Source of the DNA: Octopus sinensis
Taxonomy: Eukaryota
Reading direction: 5' to 3'
DNA: 64,000 bases
Assembly (NCBI RefSeq): GCF_006345805.1
Contig: NC_043021.1
Location: 26,226,001 to 26,290,000, forward strand
Both the position numbers and the translations under genes were made by a program. This document shows, piece by piece, positions 13,224 through 27,865 of this stretch (positions are counted from its first letter, which is position 1; each line of letters begins with the position of its first letter). The notes below the pieces were generated by a model. It worked only from the letters and a program-made list of their open reading frames with translations. It was not told where the DNA came from and made no database searches.

Positions 13224-13685
13224 CCATTCACTTCATTCCCTCTCCACCCCCTCATTCTCACCAACAGCCCTCTTGCAACCTTTAGTTACCCACCTTTTGT
13301 GATCTTCAATTTCCTTTGTGCCTTGAAGGTCTCTCCTCCCAGCTCCACCACAATTTACTCTCACCCACCTTTATATAATGCAAAGTAGCCCTGTATCTCC
13401 TCCACAACAACAAACCTGTTCCTGTCCCTTCTTCCCTACTTTAACCACTCATTACTCAGCATAAAACTACACTCCTTTCTACTTTACTCCCGCTCAGTTG
13501 AGGTGGCCATGAAAATTGCACTTAGTGCACTCTGAAAAGTGGTCGGTATTAGGAAAGAAAGCATCTGACCATTGAAACTCTGTCAAAACTGAGACACTAG
13601 AATGTGATGTGCTTTTCTGACTTATTGCACCCTATTCAATTGTTCAGCCTGTGCCTCATTCTAAGCAAATAGGAAATGAGGATAC

Positions 13686-14081
13686 GGATCTTTTCGGTTT
13701 AACCGGCAGTTTTTTGAAATAATTTCCACGTAACTAAACACTTTTAAACTTCGTATACTGGTAGAATGTGTTTATAAAACAACTTTTTCTCTTGGCTTTA
13801 TTGGGAAAATTCTATAGTTTGTAAGATATTTGCTGTTTTTCTGCAATTTCAACCAATCAATGACGTCTATTGAGTTAAAAAGCATTCTGTGCCATATGAA
13901 TATGTCCCTCGTTTAAGAAACAGATTGGGTTTATTTACATTTGTAAAGAAAAAAAAATACCCTTCCCCCCACCCCTAACCAACCCTAACCCTAAAACATT
14001 GAAATGCAATAGATCGATTCTAGGGTCATAATTATGGGTGACAATTTCATATGACACCGCTGGAACAAACCGGAAAGATCC
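13686..14081. mobile_element. ~396-bp MITE with terminal inverted repeats
   Basis: GGATCTTTTCGGTTT at 13686 and AAACCGGAAAGATCC ending at 14081 (14/15 complementary). Confidence 0.7.
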
Positions 14082-15280
14082 AATGATACATGTGTGTGTG
14101 TATCTCACAAGTAGCCTTTGTTTTTGCTTTCTGTCTTTGGGGTTTTTCACCCTTCCCGATCTCTGACTCAAACCTACCTGTACACAATATTTGTTCCTGT
14201 CTAATCCCTTCCCCCACAACATTTCCTCCTAATATCCCCCTCCCCCTGCCTGTGCCCACTCACTGCATTCCCTCTGCCCTCCATCTCCCACTCTCCTTTC
14301 ACAATCTTCTGAACTTACCCACCCACCTTCTCCAATCCCTGGTCCACTTCACTATGTACACCTCCCTCTAACTTAGCTGTATTCCCCATCACATCTTCAC
14401 CTTGTTTCTCTCTCGTTTCCCACCTGAGGCAGCCATATTTCTTCTCTACTGCAAGATGCTCTCTTTCTGTTCCTCAATACCTCACCCCACACTCCACTGC
14501 GTTGCCAGTTACTCAATGACCTTACTGCTGCTGCTGCTGGTGCCACACAAAAAGCAACCCCCCCCCGCCCAGCATGCTCTGTAAAGTGGTTGCTGTGAGG
14601 AAGGGCATCCATCATCTATAGAAACCCCACCAAAGCTTTCTGCTGTCTTCTGACTTGACACTTTTTATTACATTGCTCAACCCATGACAGCATGGAAAAC
14701 AGATGTGAAATGATGATGATGATATTACAGGTTACTGTTTAAAGATCTGTTCCCTTTGAGATACACTGTTCAAAGGAGTTACACTCACTACACAAGTGCA
14801 AGTCCACACATATAAATATATATGTGTGTGTGTGTAAGTGCATGTATATATGTATGTAGCTATATACATCAACTACAACTTGTATAATGTATATCCATTT
14901 ATAAGTGTGAAATACATGTCCTTGCATGTATGTGTAGTGGGACTGAAGCCAAGACCATGTGGGTTCCAGTTCAGTCCCACTGCATGGCACCTTGTTTAAG
15001 TGTCTTCTATTACTGTGCCATGCCTGACCAAAGCCTTGTGGGTGAATTTGATTGAGGGAAACTGAAAGATGCTCTTTGCGTGTGTATGTTTGTATGTGTT
15101 TCTTCTTGTCCACAAACTACTCGGCTCTGGATTGAGAGGCAGCTGTGATTTTAGGCAAAGGGACAAGAAGAACAAATTTATAATTGTGAAAGACTAGTGG
15201 TGAAGAGCGTATGGAAGGGAGAGACAAGGGAAAGGGAAATGGTTAGTGCCAGTGGTTCATAAGAAGGGAGGGATTCAGAA

Positions 15281-15441
15281 TTAACCCTTTTGATACCAAC
15301 CATTTTCTATGTAAACTTACTTTTCAAACACTAGCTTAACAGCAACAAATTTATTTTAATAAATTCTTCAGTATTTTCAAAATTAATTAATTAAAGCAAA
15401 GGCAGTGTATTTCAAAAGAAATATGGTAAGAAAAGGGTTAA
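15281..15441. mobile_element. TTAA-flanked piggyBac-like MITE
   Basis: TTAACCCTTTT ... AAAAGGGTTAA termini. Confidence 0.6.
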
Positions 15442-15939
15442 AGGTGACGAGATTAGTTGTGTTTGGGTGTGTAGGGCCATCGCACATAATAAGGATGAAT
15501 GTGGGCCGAAGGTGTGAGGAGGAACTTAGTATGAAAGGGATGTAAAATAAATGTGTGTGGCGAGAATCTAGAGAGTCACTGAGGGGGAGAAATATGTGGG
15601 TGGTAGGCTGGCAAGGGAGAAATGATAAGGTGTAGAGGCAGTTGTGGGGAGAGGATAGTGGGAGAATGATAGAATGATGATTGAAGTGAGTGATAAGATG
15701 GATGATGTACGAGTACAGTCACTCATACATAGGCCTAGTGAAGGGGAGCCATCTATAATTAGCAAGGTTTATAAGTGGTCGGCAGATAAGAGATGGGGAA
15801 CAATAAGCTGATGGAAGTGAAGAGATGGGGGTGGAAATGGAATGGTGCTCAACAAATAGTTAAGTGAGAAGTGAGTGATGCAAAGGATGGCAACATACAA
15901 ACACACACCACACATCACATGGCCTTTATCACTATTATA

Positions 15940-16830
15940 ATTTCAATGCATGTCTCACGATGGATGGTTGAGTCTCCTGCTGCACCATGTATCACCAATC
16001 AATACAGTCTTTTGCCATCTTTGTGAGATGCAGCACCTTTAGGTCAGTGTTCACTACTTATTCCTAAGTCTTCTGTGGGTTACACTAACTCAAAGTGCAT
16101 CACTTATTCTCCATGTACATCACATCCTCATATCAGTGCCGTCTCCTCTCTTGCAAACTACATCTGATTCCTCTTATTCCCAATTTCTCTCTCAATTCAG
16201 ACATACCATGATATCCAGGCACACTAGCATTACACATCTTGTCTGAGCAGCTTTCATAAGTTTTCTGCATCCAAATCCCCCATCTCATTACCATGCTGCA
16301 TTGCAATTCGAACACAAGCACCATACAATTTGCCCTTCACTCTGAAGGAGAAGGCCCTTGTTGCTGACAGAGGTGATTTTCTCTCTCAACTTTTCCCAGC
16401 CTTTCTCATTGTAGCTGCTATACTTTCAGAACAACCACTTCCATGGCTAATTATGTCACCAATGTACCAGAAGCTCTCAAACTATTATCAGTCAACTAGC
16501 TGGACACTTAAGAGATTCTATTTCTAGTGTACCCTTAGTACTTACTCTCCCTGTGCATCTGCCACATACAAAGCCTGCTGTCTCTGTTAGCCTATCTGTG
16601 ATTTTGTTACATCTCCTGTGTGACCATCACATATTGTGGCAACTACAGATGGAGTTCTCTTCTGCATTCAAGTAAGGCCAGTTCCCTGATATGACCAGCT
16701 TCCTCCTATCTCTTTTTTCTGCTTACTTACACATTAGTCTTGGTTAGGTTTACTTTGAAGCCTCTTCATTCTGGGTTTTGTTTTTATGTCTGTAATCTCT
16801 TCTCTAGTTTTTCATAGATTCAGTTATCAT
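15940..16830 (-). mobile_element. Degraded RTE LINE fragment
   Basis: Minus-strand translation includes LREKLGIRGIRCSLQERR, homologous to the 29103 ORF. Frameshifts and stops are present. Confidence 0.7.
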
Positions 16831-17563
16831 AGAGCCAGATCATCAGCATCATAAGAGTTCTCTCTGTGTCTTTGATAAATAGAAGCTGGCTAAGAACTGA
16901 ACCACAAAGGACTCTTACCTTCATTGTGTCTTCGAATTTGTTCCTCACTCACTTTACTAGTTGCACCTTTTCTACATTGCTTGTAGTCCTCACAGGCGTC
17001 CTTCTAAACCTAGTTTCCTCAGTGACCACCAGATTACTAAGCATAGCATTCAATCAATACACACACATCATAAATATATATAATTTGTACACGGCTATGT
17101 GGTTAAGAAGATTGTTTTATACTATAGCTACAGGTTGACCAAAACCTTATGAGTGAAATTAGTGTAGACACTGAAGAAGCCTGTTGTGTGTGAGTAAATT
17201 TGTATTTCCCTTTGTCTTTACATGGGTTCAATGACTGTAAACAACAGCATCTCTATTAATACAGGTGGTGTTGTTTGCCTGGGGTCGAATGTAAAGGCAG
17301 CACTAGGAGTCTTGATATGTTGTGTAATCTTTGCAAACAAAAACTTAATTTAAATGGTTGTTTGTTTCCAGTTTTCCTAGTAAACATGTCAGAGCTGTTC
17401 ACTACTTGACAGACGACAGGATTGTTACCTTGTTTGGAAACAGGTGAGGGTTGGCAGCAGGAAGGGCACCCACTCTCAGAAACTTTGTCCCAGCATACTG
17501 CCATCTCTCATTGAAGCATCGAAAAGTAGGCATTAAATTGATGATGATGATATATATGTGTGC

Positions 17564-17616
<53 letters not shown>

Positions 17617-17619
17617 CGT

Positions 17620-17791
17620 TAGCCACTACACACATTTTTTTTCTCTCCTTGTGTTTTCTGTGTCCCTTTCTTTAGAAGAGCATAGGCTCGAAACGTAAAA
17701 GACTTTTTCTATTCCTGAGCGTTATACTAATACATCTGTTTGTTTTGTACACCACCTGTCTTCGTCTTTTGTTTTTTTCGTAAACTTTCCC
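17620..17791 (+). mobile_element. Dispersed ~175-bp repeat carrying a hammerhead-like motif (copy 1)
   Basis: Nearly identical to 27866-28040 and flanked by (TA)n. The core here reads CTTTAGAA. Confidence 0.7.
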
Positions 17792-20700
17792 TATATATAT
17801 ATATATCATCATCATATATTTATTATGTATACATCAACATCATTTTAATGTCCACTTTTCTATGCTCACATGGGTTGAATACAATACACAGACAGATTTT
17901 CTTCAGTTGAATGCCATTCCTGTTGCCAGGTAAAGGTATGAGTGGAGTGCCACAGTGTCTCACAGACATGTATTTGAAGTTCTTAATCTCAATTTCCAAG
18001 ATTTCAGAGGTAACACATCATGGATTGGTTCACAGTTTTGTTCTCTGGTGATTTCAGACAAACTCTGCCAATCATTCTAGAAAGTATACAGAGGCTGATG
18101 AGTTGAAAGCATGCTTCAAAGAAACTGATTTGGAGATAAGAGGAGAAACTTCATCTTTGTGCCTTCATGAGACTTGCATTTAACAGAATTATTATATCTC
18201 AGCAACCTAGTTTGCAAAAGTTGTACTTCAATGGTCTGCTTCCAGTCAACCCTAAATGAGGAGATATCAAAATACATTGTGGAACAACCATCAACACATT
18301 TCTAGTAAAATTACAGAAACCAAAGGTGGTCTGAATGTGCCTTCTCAGCTCTCTGAAATGACGTTGTGCACGATCAATGCTATGATTCCGTTCCCAGCAT
18401 CATTGATGTTTCTCAATTCTCTTCAAACCGTTACTGTCTTACCTCACAACTGAATGTAGAAATGTTTGCTATTTGAATGCTCAAAAAATCTGTAATGGTA
18501 TGGGACTCACTCTCAAAACTCTTATGCCCCCCCCCCCAAAGGAGATGTTCTCATTCCATCAGATATACCATTTCAGTCCAAGTGCTTTCAATTTACAAAA
18601 CTACTCTTATTGTTTTACGCTTCTTATTTTTCTCTGAACATAAACAAGTCTCAGTGACAGTTACTCAGGGTTGTTGGAATTAGATTGACAAACTCGTGAT
18701 TCTTTCAAAGCCCACACAGTTCCAGGTTCAATCCCACTGCGTGGTATCTTGTACAAATGTCTTCTACTATAGCCTCAGATTGACCAAAGCCTTGTGAGTA
18801 GATTTGGTGGACAGAAACTGAAAGAAGCTCATTGTCTACACGTATGTGTGTCTGTGTTTGTTCCCCTCCACAGTTTGACAATTGGTGTTGTCCTCGTAAC
18901 GTAGTGGTTCACCTAAAGAGACTGACAGAATAATAAGTACCAGGCTTTAAAAACGGAAGTTCTGGGGTCAATTTATTTAACTAAAACTTCTTCAAGACAT
19001 GGCCACAGTGTAATGGCTGAAACAAGAAAACTAAAAAAGGATCAAGGTACCTGGTCAGGCAGCCAGCTTTACGTGAGAACCACCAAACAGCAGAACAAGA
19101 AATGGTTTAATCAGAGGCCTTTTGTTAATAAAAAGACATTTCCGATTGAAAGAGTTTGGTGAAATTGTTGTAAGAGAATGGAATATCCGCCATTTCAGCC
19201 ATGGTCCTCCTTCACATCTTTCAACTTCATATATTACATCATCTGCTGCAAACTCTGTGCCACTTTTTTTATATCGGAGGAAGAACGGGCCATTGCCTTG
19301 CTGAGTGCTTTTGGGAGAATATTCAAACTACGCTGCTGTGTGTGCCTGGCTGACCTGTTGCCACCCGAGGAGGAACAAGTGTGTCCTGATAGAAGCAGGG
19401 TGATGGGAAGAGTGATGGCTTGTAATAAAGGAGAATGATTGTTAAGTGAATGATGACTGTGACGGCGGGGTGGAGGTGGAGAATGGGGGTGGGTTACAGT
19501 TAACTGTGTGTTATCCTGATTTGACTTGGACAAGAGAGTGAAGCTCAGGGGGATGAAAGGGTCAGATAAGTCATGTGACATCTAGTTGCACTGGAAATGT
19601 GGCACAGTAAGGAGAAAAGATGGTGATAAGAGGGGTGAGTGATGATGAAACGAGTGATAGGGGTGTTAGAGAGATGAGTGGGTATCAAAGAAGGAGACAA
19701 TGTGGATAATAGTTTAAAATTTTTAGCACAAGTCCAGTAATTTCGAGGAAGGGGGTTAGTTGAATACACTGATCCCCAGTACTCAACTGGTACTCGTTTT
19801 ATGGACTCTGAAAGGATGAAAGGCAAAGTCTACCTCAGAACATAAAGTCGGAGTACAAGTTACTAAGTATTTTTCCTGGCACGGTAACAAATTTTGCTTT
19901 AGAGTCAGTATTCATAATGATATTTAATTTATATACTGAGCGAATGGACTAAACTTCTTAGGGGGATGCTTCAGCATGGCCACAGTCCAGTCACTGAAAC
20001 CAGTAAAAGAATAAAAGTATATCACATATATGTATGTATCTTATATCTCCCAGCTTCCATTGCTTAGCAACTGCAACATCCATTCATCCCTACCGGCTGG
20101 TCTTCTCTCACACTGCATCTTACAAGTAATCTCATCCTTGTCTACTCCAAACAAAATTCTCATTTTTTTTACAGATTTCTGTGTTTTAGATTTTGGAAAT
20201 TACAATTGAGGCTATATAAAAAAAAAATAAGAGAATGTAGAAATTCAATTCTGTTTCCAAGTATTTTTCTCTTCTTTATTTAACTTTAACCCTAACAAAT
20301 GGACTTCAAACAGAATATTTTCTTGCAGGATTATTTTGCATTTTTTTTTTACACATATTTACTGAAGGGAAAACTTTTGGGTAAAATTTGTCAGAAGTGG
20401 AAAAGTTTCTGCTTGGTCGAGTGCTCTGAAATGGAGATGGTGAAGGCACACGGAAACTTCACAAAGAATAGCAAAATAGACAGATGGGGCTCATACTGTA
20501 CAATCCTGTCTACTATCATCATCACCATCATTTTAATGTCCACTTCTCCAGGCTTGCATGGGTATTTATCGAGGTAGATTTTCTATTGCCAGATGTCCTT
20601 CCTGCTGCCAATCTTCACCTGCTTCCAAGTAATGTAATATTCTTCCCTATGGCTGGACATGTTTTCATGGAAGATTGGAAACAAATGACATTGCTTGTAT

Positions 20701-22913
20701 GATGGTGACACTCACTCACAACCATCATGTGATGACAGCACAAGGAGACCCACATTCATGCACATGCTCTCGCATACATGACACACTTCTTTCAATTTTT
20801 GCCAATCAAATCCACTCAGAAGGCTTTGGTCAGCCATGGACAGTTGTGGAGGATACTTGCCCAAGATGCACACAACTGGACTGAACCTGAAGCTGGGTTC
20901 AGTTCAACTGGGATGAGAAAAGGTGATGGATATAGTGTACCTGCATTTATATGTAGGTTTGATATTGGGGCAAGCGTTATTGTACTAATAAAAATGTCAC
21001 TTCATACCCATGTGGGTTCTCAACACAAACATTAGAAAATATTTCATTGACTTTTTAATGTAGCGTTGTTTAAACTAAGACATTTCTGGGGCTCCATGAA
21101 AGGACATTGAGAAAGTTCTTTGCCAAAAGGAAGGTGGCGTCCAGGCCAGAAAGTAAAAAGTTCTTTTCCTACAAAATGAAGCTGTTAAGTAGTAAATAGT
21201 AGGGTTGCATGTAGATGTTATCAAGCATCAAGTGTGAGAGTGATGTTGTTTTTATTAAATTTGGATCCACCAAATATATCCAGATGAATTCCTATTTAAC
21301 ATGATCGAGGCATGACTATTAACTGCTCCAGTGTAACAATAGAATAATCAACATCCAACACACAAGACACAGATACGTTTCTGTCGACTTATGACCATCT
21401 TCATTGCTATTCTATATTTGTGAGATGAGGAATTTATGTATACTGTTTATATTAGTTAGACTGGTCTCCCGCTCCATCCTGAAGGAAGCTGGAGTGTACG
21501 GCAGCTGATATGTAGTCAAAGCAACAGGGATGAGGACACCCAGTTCAACGAATATAAACAGTATACATAACCTCTTCGTTGCATTTGATTTTGTCCTGGT
21601 TGCGTTTATAATGTAAAGTTTAGTGAAGACCTCTTACATGATGCAGATGGATACCTCTGGCGATGCATTGACAGAGTTTGTCACTAGAAATTTCTCATTG
21701 CTAACATATTTTTTGGCCAAGGAAAACTGTCTCATTTCAAAATCAATATGTTCCTGCATTATTGTAGAAAGTGTTAAAATAACAGACAACAAAAAGTATT
21801 TTCCATCAAAAATACTTTCACTTTTTGATTGGGGAAAATCCTACTTCTGACATCCTATATCAATTTCACGGGACACCTGAAAGGAAGAAATGTCACCATC
21901 ATCATCGTTTAACGTATGTTTTCCAAGCTGACATGAGTTGGATGGGAAACTATGTGCCAGAGGGCTATGATGAGCTGCGATCTCTCCGTTAGCAGAGTTT
22001 CTGTGACTTGATGCACTTCCTAATACCAGCCACATCACAGAGTGTAGGAAGGGGCTCTCTTCATGGCTCTGGCACCTGTGAATCACCGAGTAATTTGTAA
22101 CTCAAGATCCCTTGGCAGAGATGGGCTTTCTACCAGGTGTTGAGAAGTTGAAATATGAAAGTGGGACAGGACAGGTGTCTTAATGTAGAGGAGATATATG
22201 GCTTCCCTTGTTAGAAACAGAGGAAAAGAGAAAGGGTGAGGACGTTAAGTTATGAAAAGTACAAAAAGAAAAACCTAAAAAGACAAAGATTATTCATTTG
22301 AAAGTTTTCAGAAGAAAAGCAGTGAGTTGGCAGAGGTGTTAAGAGTGTTGGTATAGGATGGCCTGTGCCATTTCTTCTGATTCACTGCATTCTGAGTTCA
22401 TATCCTGTAGAGGAGAACTTTTTTTTTTTCTTGCCGATCAATAAAAAGGTACCAATCCAGGGTATTGGATTGATAGAAATGTTGGTGGGTGAGGATCAGG
22501 AAAGCTGTCTTGTAGTATGTGTTGTAGCTGTTTGTATTCTTACAACAATATCTGTGGTGACACTAATGCTTAGCTGTGTTGGTCCACATTGGCAGTGTTT
22601 GCCTTGGATTGAAATTTGTAACATGGAGACGATGGGAGGCCATATTTATACAGCCTTATTCAGAATAAAACCAGGGTTTATATGTGTGTGTGTGTGTATA
22701 TATTCTGTAAATAACAATAATAGTATTTTATAAGCTTAAAGCTTATAGCAATCACCACACAGTGACTAAGAAAAATAGTCTAACAATGGGGTATATAAGC
22801 CCTTGACAGAAAAAAAAGTAGGTTTTTCCCTTACGCATGGGTCACATATATATACATATATATGTATACTGGACTTCACTCATCCATTAGGAAACATTCA
22901 ACACCTACATATT

Positions 22914-22954
<41 letters not shown>

Positions 22955-25318
22955 ATGTATATGTGCATCCATGTACATATATATGCATGTATATGTGTAT
23001 GTGTGTTTGAAAAAGGATGGTCATAACCGGAATACTTTCATCATATTTTGTTCAATGACGATTGATTTGGAGCTATAAAAAAAACTTCTGTAAGTTTTCC
23101 CAGCCAAACTGGAACCCTCCATCATTTATTCTTTCAGTTGCATATATTTCGCCATTTCTCCCTTCCTCCCATGCAAAAATATGCATGAAATAATCTGTAT
23201 ATATGAAAGCTCACGTCCTTCGAGAAAAGGCTACAATTAAGATAGCGTGTTAGCACATAAATACTTCAAAGGTAGATGCACTTATAGATATTGCCCAAGC
23301 ATAGCCCTATCATTAAGGAGTTCGCTTCGTAACTTTGTAGTTTAGGGTTTCTATCCTACTGCGCGGCACTTCGGGCAGGTGACCTGTACTCTCCCGTTGA
23401 TGAGTTACTTGTTGGTGGATTTTGGTTATCGACAGCCGAGTAGAAGCCCATCGTATATAAATACCTGTGTTTATGTTTTTTGTGTTGAGTTTTGGAGGCG
23501 GCGGGATTCCTGCATGGACGCATCTCATGAATAAGAGTTCTGTAAAGGAATCCGTTTCCTGATCGGTGCCACCCCTCCTACATAACATCCACTTCATGTT
23601 TCTCCATACAAGTCTTTCTTTCAATGAACAGCGATCTTCGTTAACCATTTGCTCCCTTCCCGAAACCCTGTTTTAATCCGTCATTCGTCGGGATGGTGAG
23701 CGTAAGGATCTTCCCTGTTCTTCGCATTCTTTTACACATTAACAGTGAAGCAGGGGTCGGGTGGAGAGAGTGATGTTTGCAGCTTCTACGGAGAAATTAG
23801 GTGTAAATAATATTCGGAAGTTGTTTTTGACTTTTGCATCTCCGTAAATAAGAGAAAAGAAGGAGAGAAAAAAAGCCTATGGCCACCTGCTTGAAATAGC
23901 AAGCAATCTCCTTATCTCCGTTAAATCAACGCACTGCCGCTTTAAAAATGGAAGGACACTTTAGATATATTACTTTTATGTCTGAGAAAAAAAATGTCAG
24001 GCTGGTTAGAGATGGAATGTTTTTCAGTATTGGTTCTGTGAGGGTCATCAACAAACAACCCCCACTACCATCGCCGCCATCATCATCATCATCATCACTC
24101 TTGGCCTTCACACACCCACACAACTACCGCAACCCCAACCGCTTCTCTCGCCGCCAAGTGTTCCCTGATCATTTAATCAATGACATGAGGGAAAATTTTG
24201 CTAGTTGCACTCCTCTTTTTCTACTTCTCCTCTTCCTCCTCCTCCTCTCTCTCCCCTCCAAGAATCAAGTCTTTTGTTCGTGTTCGTTACTTATATAAAT
24301 ATAATTAGATTCTTGCAGTTGACTCTGCCGTTATCAGCATCGTCATGTGTGTGTGTGTGTGGTAGTCACCAGTTGTTTTGTGTCAACATCTCACCTCCAC
24401 ATCCACCACCATCAACCACCGTCTCTGTCACCAACTAACCAGCCAGTTACTATTGCCGTTGCTACATAGGCCCCTAAACCATTCTTCTTCTCTTTCATCT
24501 CTGACTAATCACTAATGAATGTCTCACTCCACCCCACCCCCCTCTACTAAACTCTCTCCACACCCTGTTCGATTAATTGCTATGGTGTGGGTAACGGCCA
24601 AAGTATGATGGTGCTAATATTTTAATAGGTTATGATTTATATATATATATATATGTGTGTGTGTGCGATTTTAATTACATTTGCAACAAATTCTTTGCTT
24701 CGACGTCTTGCCGAATACTGGGTCTTTAGAATCGCTTCTTCACATTCCTGACGAATAATATCTTAGTTCTTCGTCCAGGCATTCTTTTAACTTGTACTGT
24801 AAAGGCCTCGTAAAAGATGTTTCGAAGCGATGGAAGGAGGGGGGGGGGGCAGCGGTGTTGGGTTCTTATTAAATTAGATTTATTTAAAGTATCCAAAGGC
24901 TCTGCTGCGAACGAGAATTGTGAAACCTTTCCAACCAGCGAGGAAAGAAGAAGAAAAATAGCTGGACTATTCCTTCCCCCCCCTCCTCCACCATCTCACA
25001 CACTTAGTTTTGGGGTCGGTGTCAACCACCACGCCGAACCCCCACCCCTCCCACTCTCGTCTTTTCATCTTTCTTGCATGCTTCTGCTTCGCCACCACCA
25101 CCACCGCTATTACTACTAACACCGCACCGCCACCCCCCTCACTCTCACTATCTTGGTCGATATTTTAACACAACTTCGACTTTAGATGATTTACTCAACT
25201 CACTTATTATTAGATGTTGTAATTCTCTCCAAGAAAGACTTGTAAATATATAATAGCTTTCTTTTCTTCGACCACCCCTTCCTCTTCAGTTTCTATATGA
25301 ACGTATAAGTGTGTGTGT

Positions 25319-25368
<50 letters not shown>

Positions 25369-26238
25369 CTAGATAGATAGACGTAGATGTAATCAGTGAC
25401 TAGAGTGCATACGTGTGGTGCGTGCATCTATAGAAAGGATAGCCACTTTTCTGCTACTTGTTTGCAGTGTAGTCCCGCCGCCAGCCAACACAGGAGGAGT
25501 GCGACGGACATGTTTTAAGAAGTGTGTTGCTTGTTATTGTTTAACTCCACGTTAGCTCTGATCAAAGGCGTTCCACTTGTGACCATCTCGTGTGTCTTAC
25601 TCAGCCACCATGTCCTGGACTGCTTTATTTAGTGTGTTTTTCCTGGGTTTCTTATTTATATTTTTTTATATTTATTTATTTTGAAGAATGCATAGCAATT
25701 TTAAAGGAAATTTAGCTGCTGTTTCTAGTTGGAACAACGATCGTGTTACAGACTCCCTCGTTGGGTCATTGTTGTGTTTGTTCTCTGATCTTGTTCGACC
25801 CCCCCTCCCCACATACACACACGATATTATTGTTGTTGTTGTTGTTGTTGTTTCCTCTCCTCGGCTCTCATCAAAATCGGATTTCTGTTTCAGAATTTTT
25901 TTTTTTCCCAAGTAGGCCATCGAAGGAATTTTTACAAACTGTGGAATAATCATTTCCCCATACCTCCCCTTCTTCTACCTCCTCTCTCTCTCTTCCGTCC
26001 CCCTTTCCAGCCTCCCACCATTCCTTCTTTAATTCTAATTGTTTGTATTTAAATAACCCTACTTTCTCTTATGTTTCTTACTTTCTTTCCGAACTCCCCA
26101 TCTTCATCCATCCATCCATCCATCCATCTACCTCCCACTCTTTCAATATTTTCTCTCTCACTTCATAATTGTTTGCTTTTAAACACCCCCATCATTTTTT
26201 TAAAATATTCATTTCTTTTCTTCTCATCATTTCTCCTT

Positions 26239-26276
<38 letters not shown>

Positions 26277-27865
26277 ATCCACTTTCAATGTTTTCCCCAC
26301 CCTTTTTCCCTCTCTCTCTCATTGTGGCTATGCAGATATTTGCCGTCGTGCATCTTGTTTAAATTGATACTTGCTGCCAATGCGACGTGAGTCGATGTTG
26401 ATGCTGGTGGCGGTGGCGGTAGCTGGTAGCATCATCATCATCATCATCATCATCAATAGTAGTAATATGACTGTGTGCAACTTTCTCAATGTTGCTTGTT
26501 GTATTTTCATGTTTCACCTCAGAAGCGTCATCTCACTACCCCCTTCTTCTTCTTCTTCTTCTTCCTCCCTTGTGTTCCACCCCCCACTCTTCTTCTTCTT
26601 CTTCTATCCGTGCTGCTCCAAAACTTCAAGTGAAGACCTACTCAACCCTCCTCCTTCTCTCTAAAATAATATTTATTCATGGTTTAGTAGTTCAGAGAAT
26701 CTCAGTTGCTAGCTGCCTGTCCCTTACTAACTCTCTTCTCCATTCATTTTATAATAAACACTTGGAAATTCTTCCGGCAATCCTGAAGCCAGGTAGATCT
26801 CGTTTTCAGAAGTACAAACCATCAAATAACCATATATATATAATTTATATGTGTGTGTGTGTGTGTTTGGGTTTTTAAAATTTTTTTATTATTTGTTTTT
26901 TGGTTCCGACAGTCACTTATGAAAGCCCATGTTTGCAAACATTCGCTTGTCTTTAAAACGTTTGCTTGTCCCTCTTTTATTTATTCTTTTACACGAATAT
27001 GGTGGTTTTTTTGAAAAGAAACCACCATCAATAAAAACCATTCTTCGCCAAAGCCACCGCTCTGCTGCAACTATAGAAATTTCAATAGTCTATAATTAAT
27101 CTATTTGCTCCTTTTTTCTACTTCTTCCTCGCGACCAAGATTTTGGCTTTTCCAATGCAGAGGTAAACAAGAGTCGAGATATGATTTGATATTATATTCT
27201 GTTTATTTATGTTAATGGGGGAGCGAGATGATTTTGTACTTAAACTATATAAAATAAATCAAAGCTACTCCATCCACCACACACACACCCACTTCGCCAA
27301 ATGGAACTATGCTAGGTATAGATGGAGATTTGTAGCTTTACGAACAATTTGTGATGTTACTGTTAGCATAAGTCACCAGCTGGTTGGCATTACATCGCAT
27401 CATCTCTCGCTTTCTCTCTCTGTCTCTCTCCACACACACACACGTGTGTATGTGTGCGCTTGCTCGCTCGTATGTATATGTGTGTGTGTGTATAAAGAGA
27501 GATATACTCAAACTGTTATTAAATACATGTAACTCCTCCAACGAAATGTGTTGAGTGCTACTTTCTTTCGTGTGTGTGTGTCAGAGTCGTACTTGGCTCA
27601 CAAATGACTTCATCTGAGATGGTGTGAAGTAATTACATCGTGAAAGACCTGCTTTGGCCATTGAACACACACACAAGACTTGTATCCTTTATCTCGTTAG
27701 TTCTCAAAATTTTCGTTGCACCACCGTGGCCTTTGTCATTGTTTCCCGATTCCTGCAGTAGTCCATCCACGATGAATTACTGTGTGTGTGTTTTAAATAG
27801 ACTGATATGATCCTTTCAAAGCAATTTCGTACTAAAACGAATCAGAAATTGCTTTGGGCCTCTCC

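Noticed and set aside
18093-18130. CTGATGAG-TTGAA(agcatgc)TTCAA-A-GAAAC hammerhead-like string
   Set aside because: G10.1 has no C partner, and there is no GUH triplet or stem I. Likely chance.
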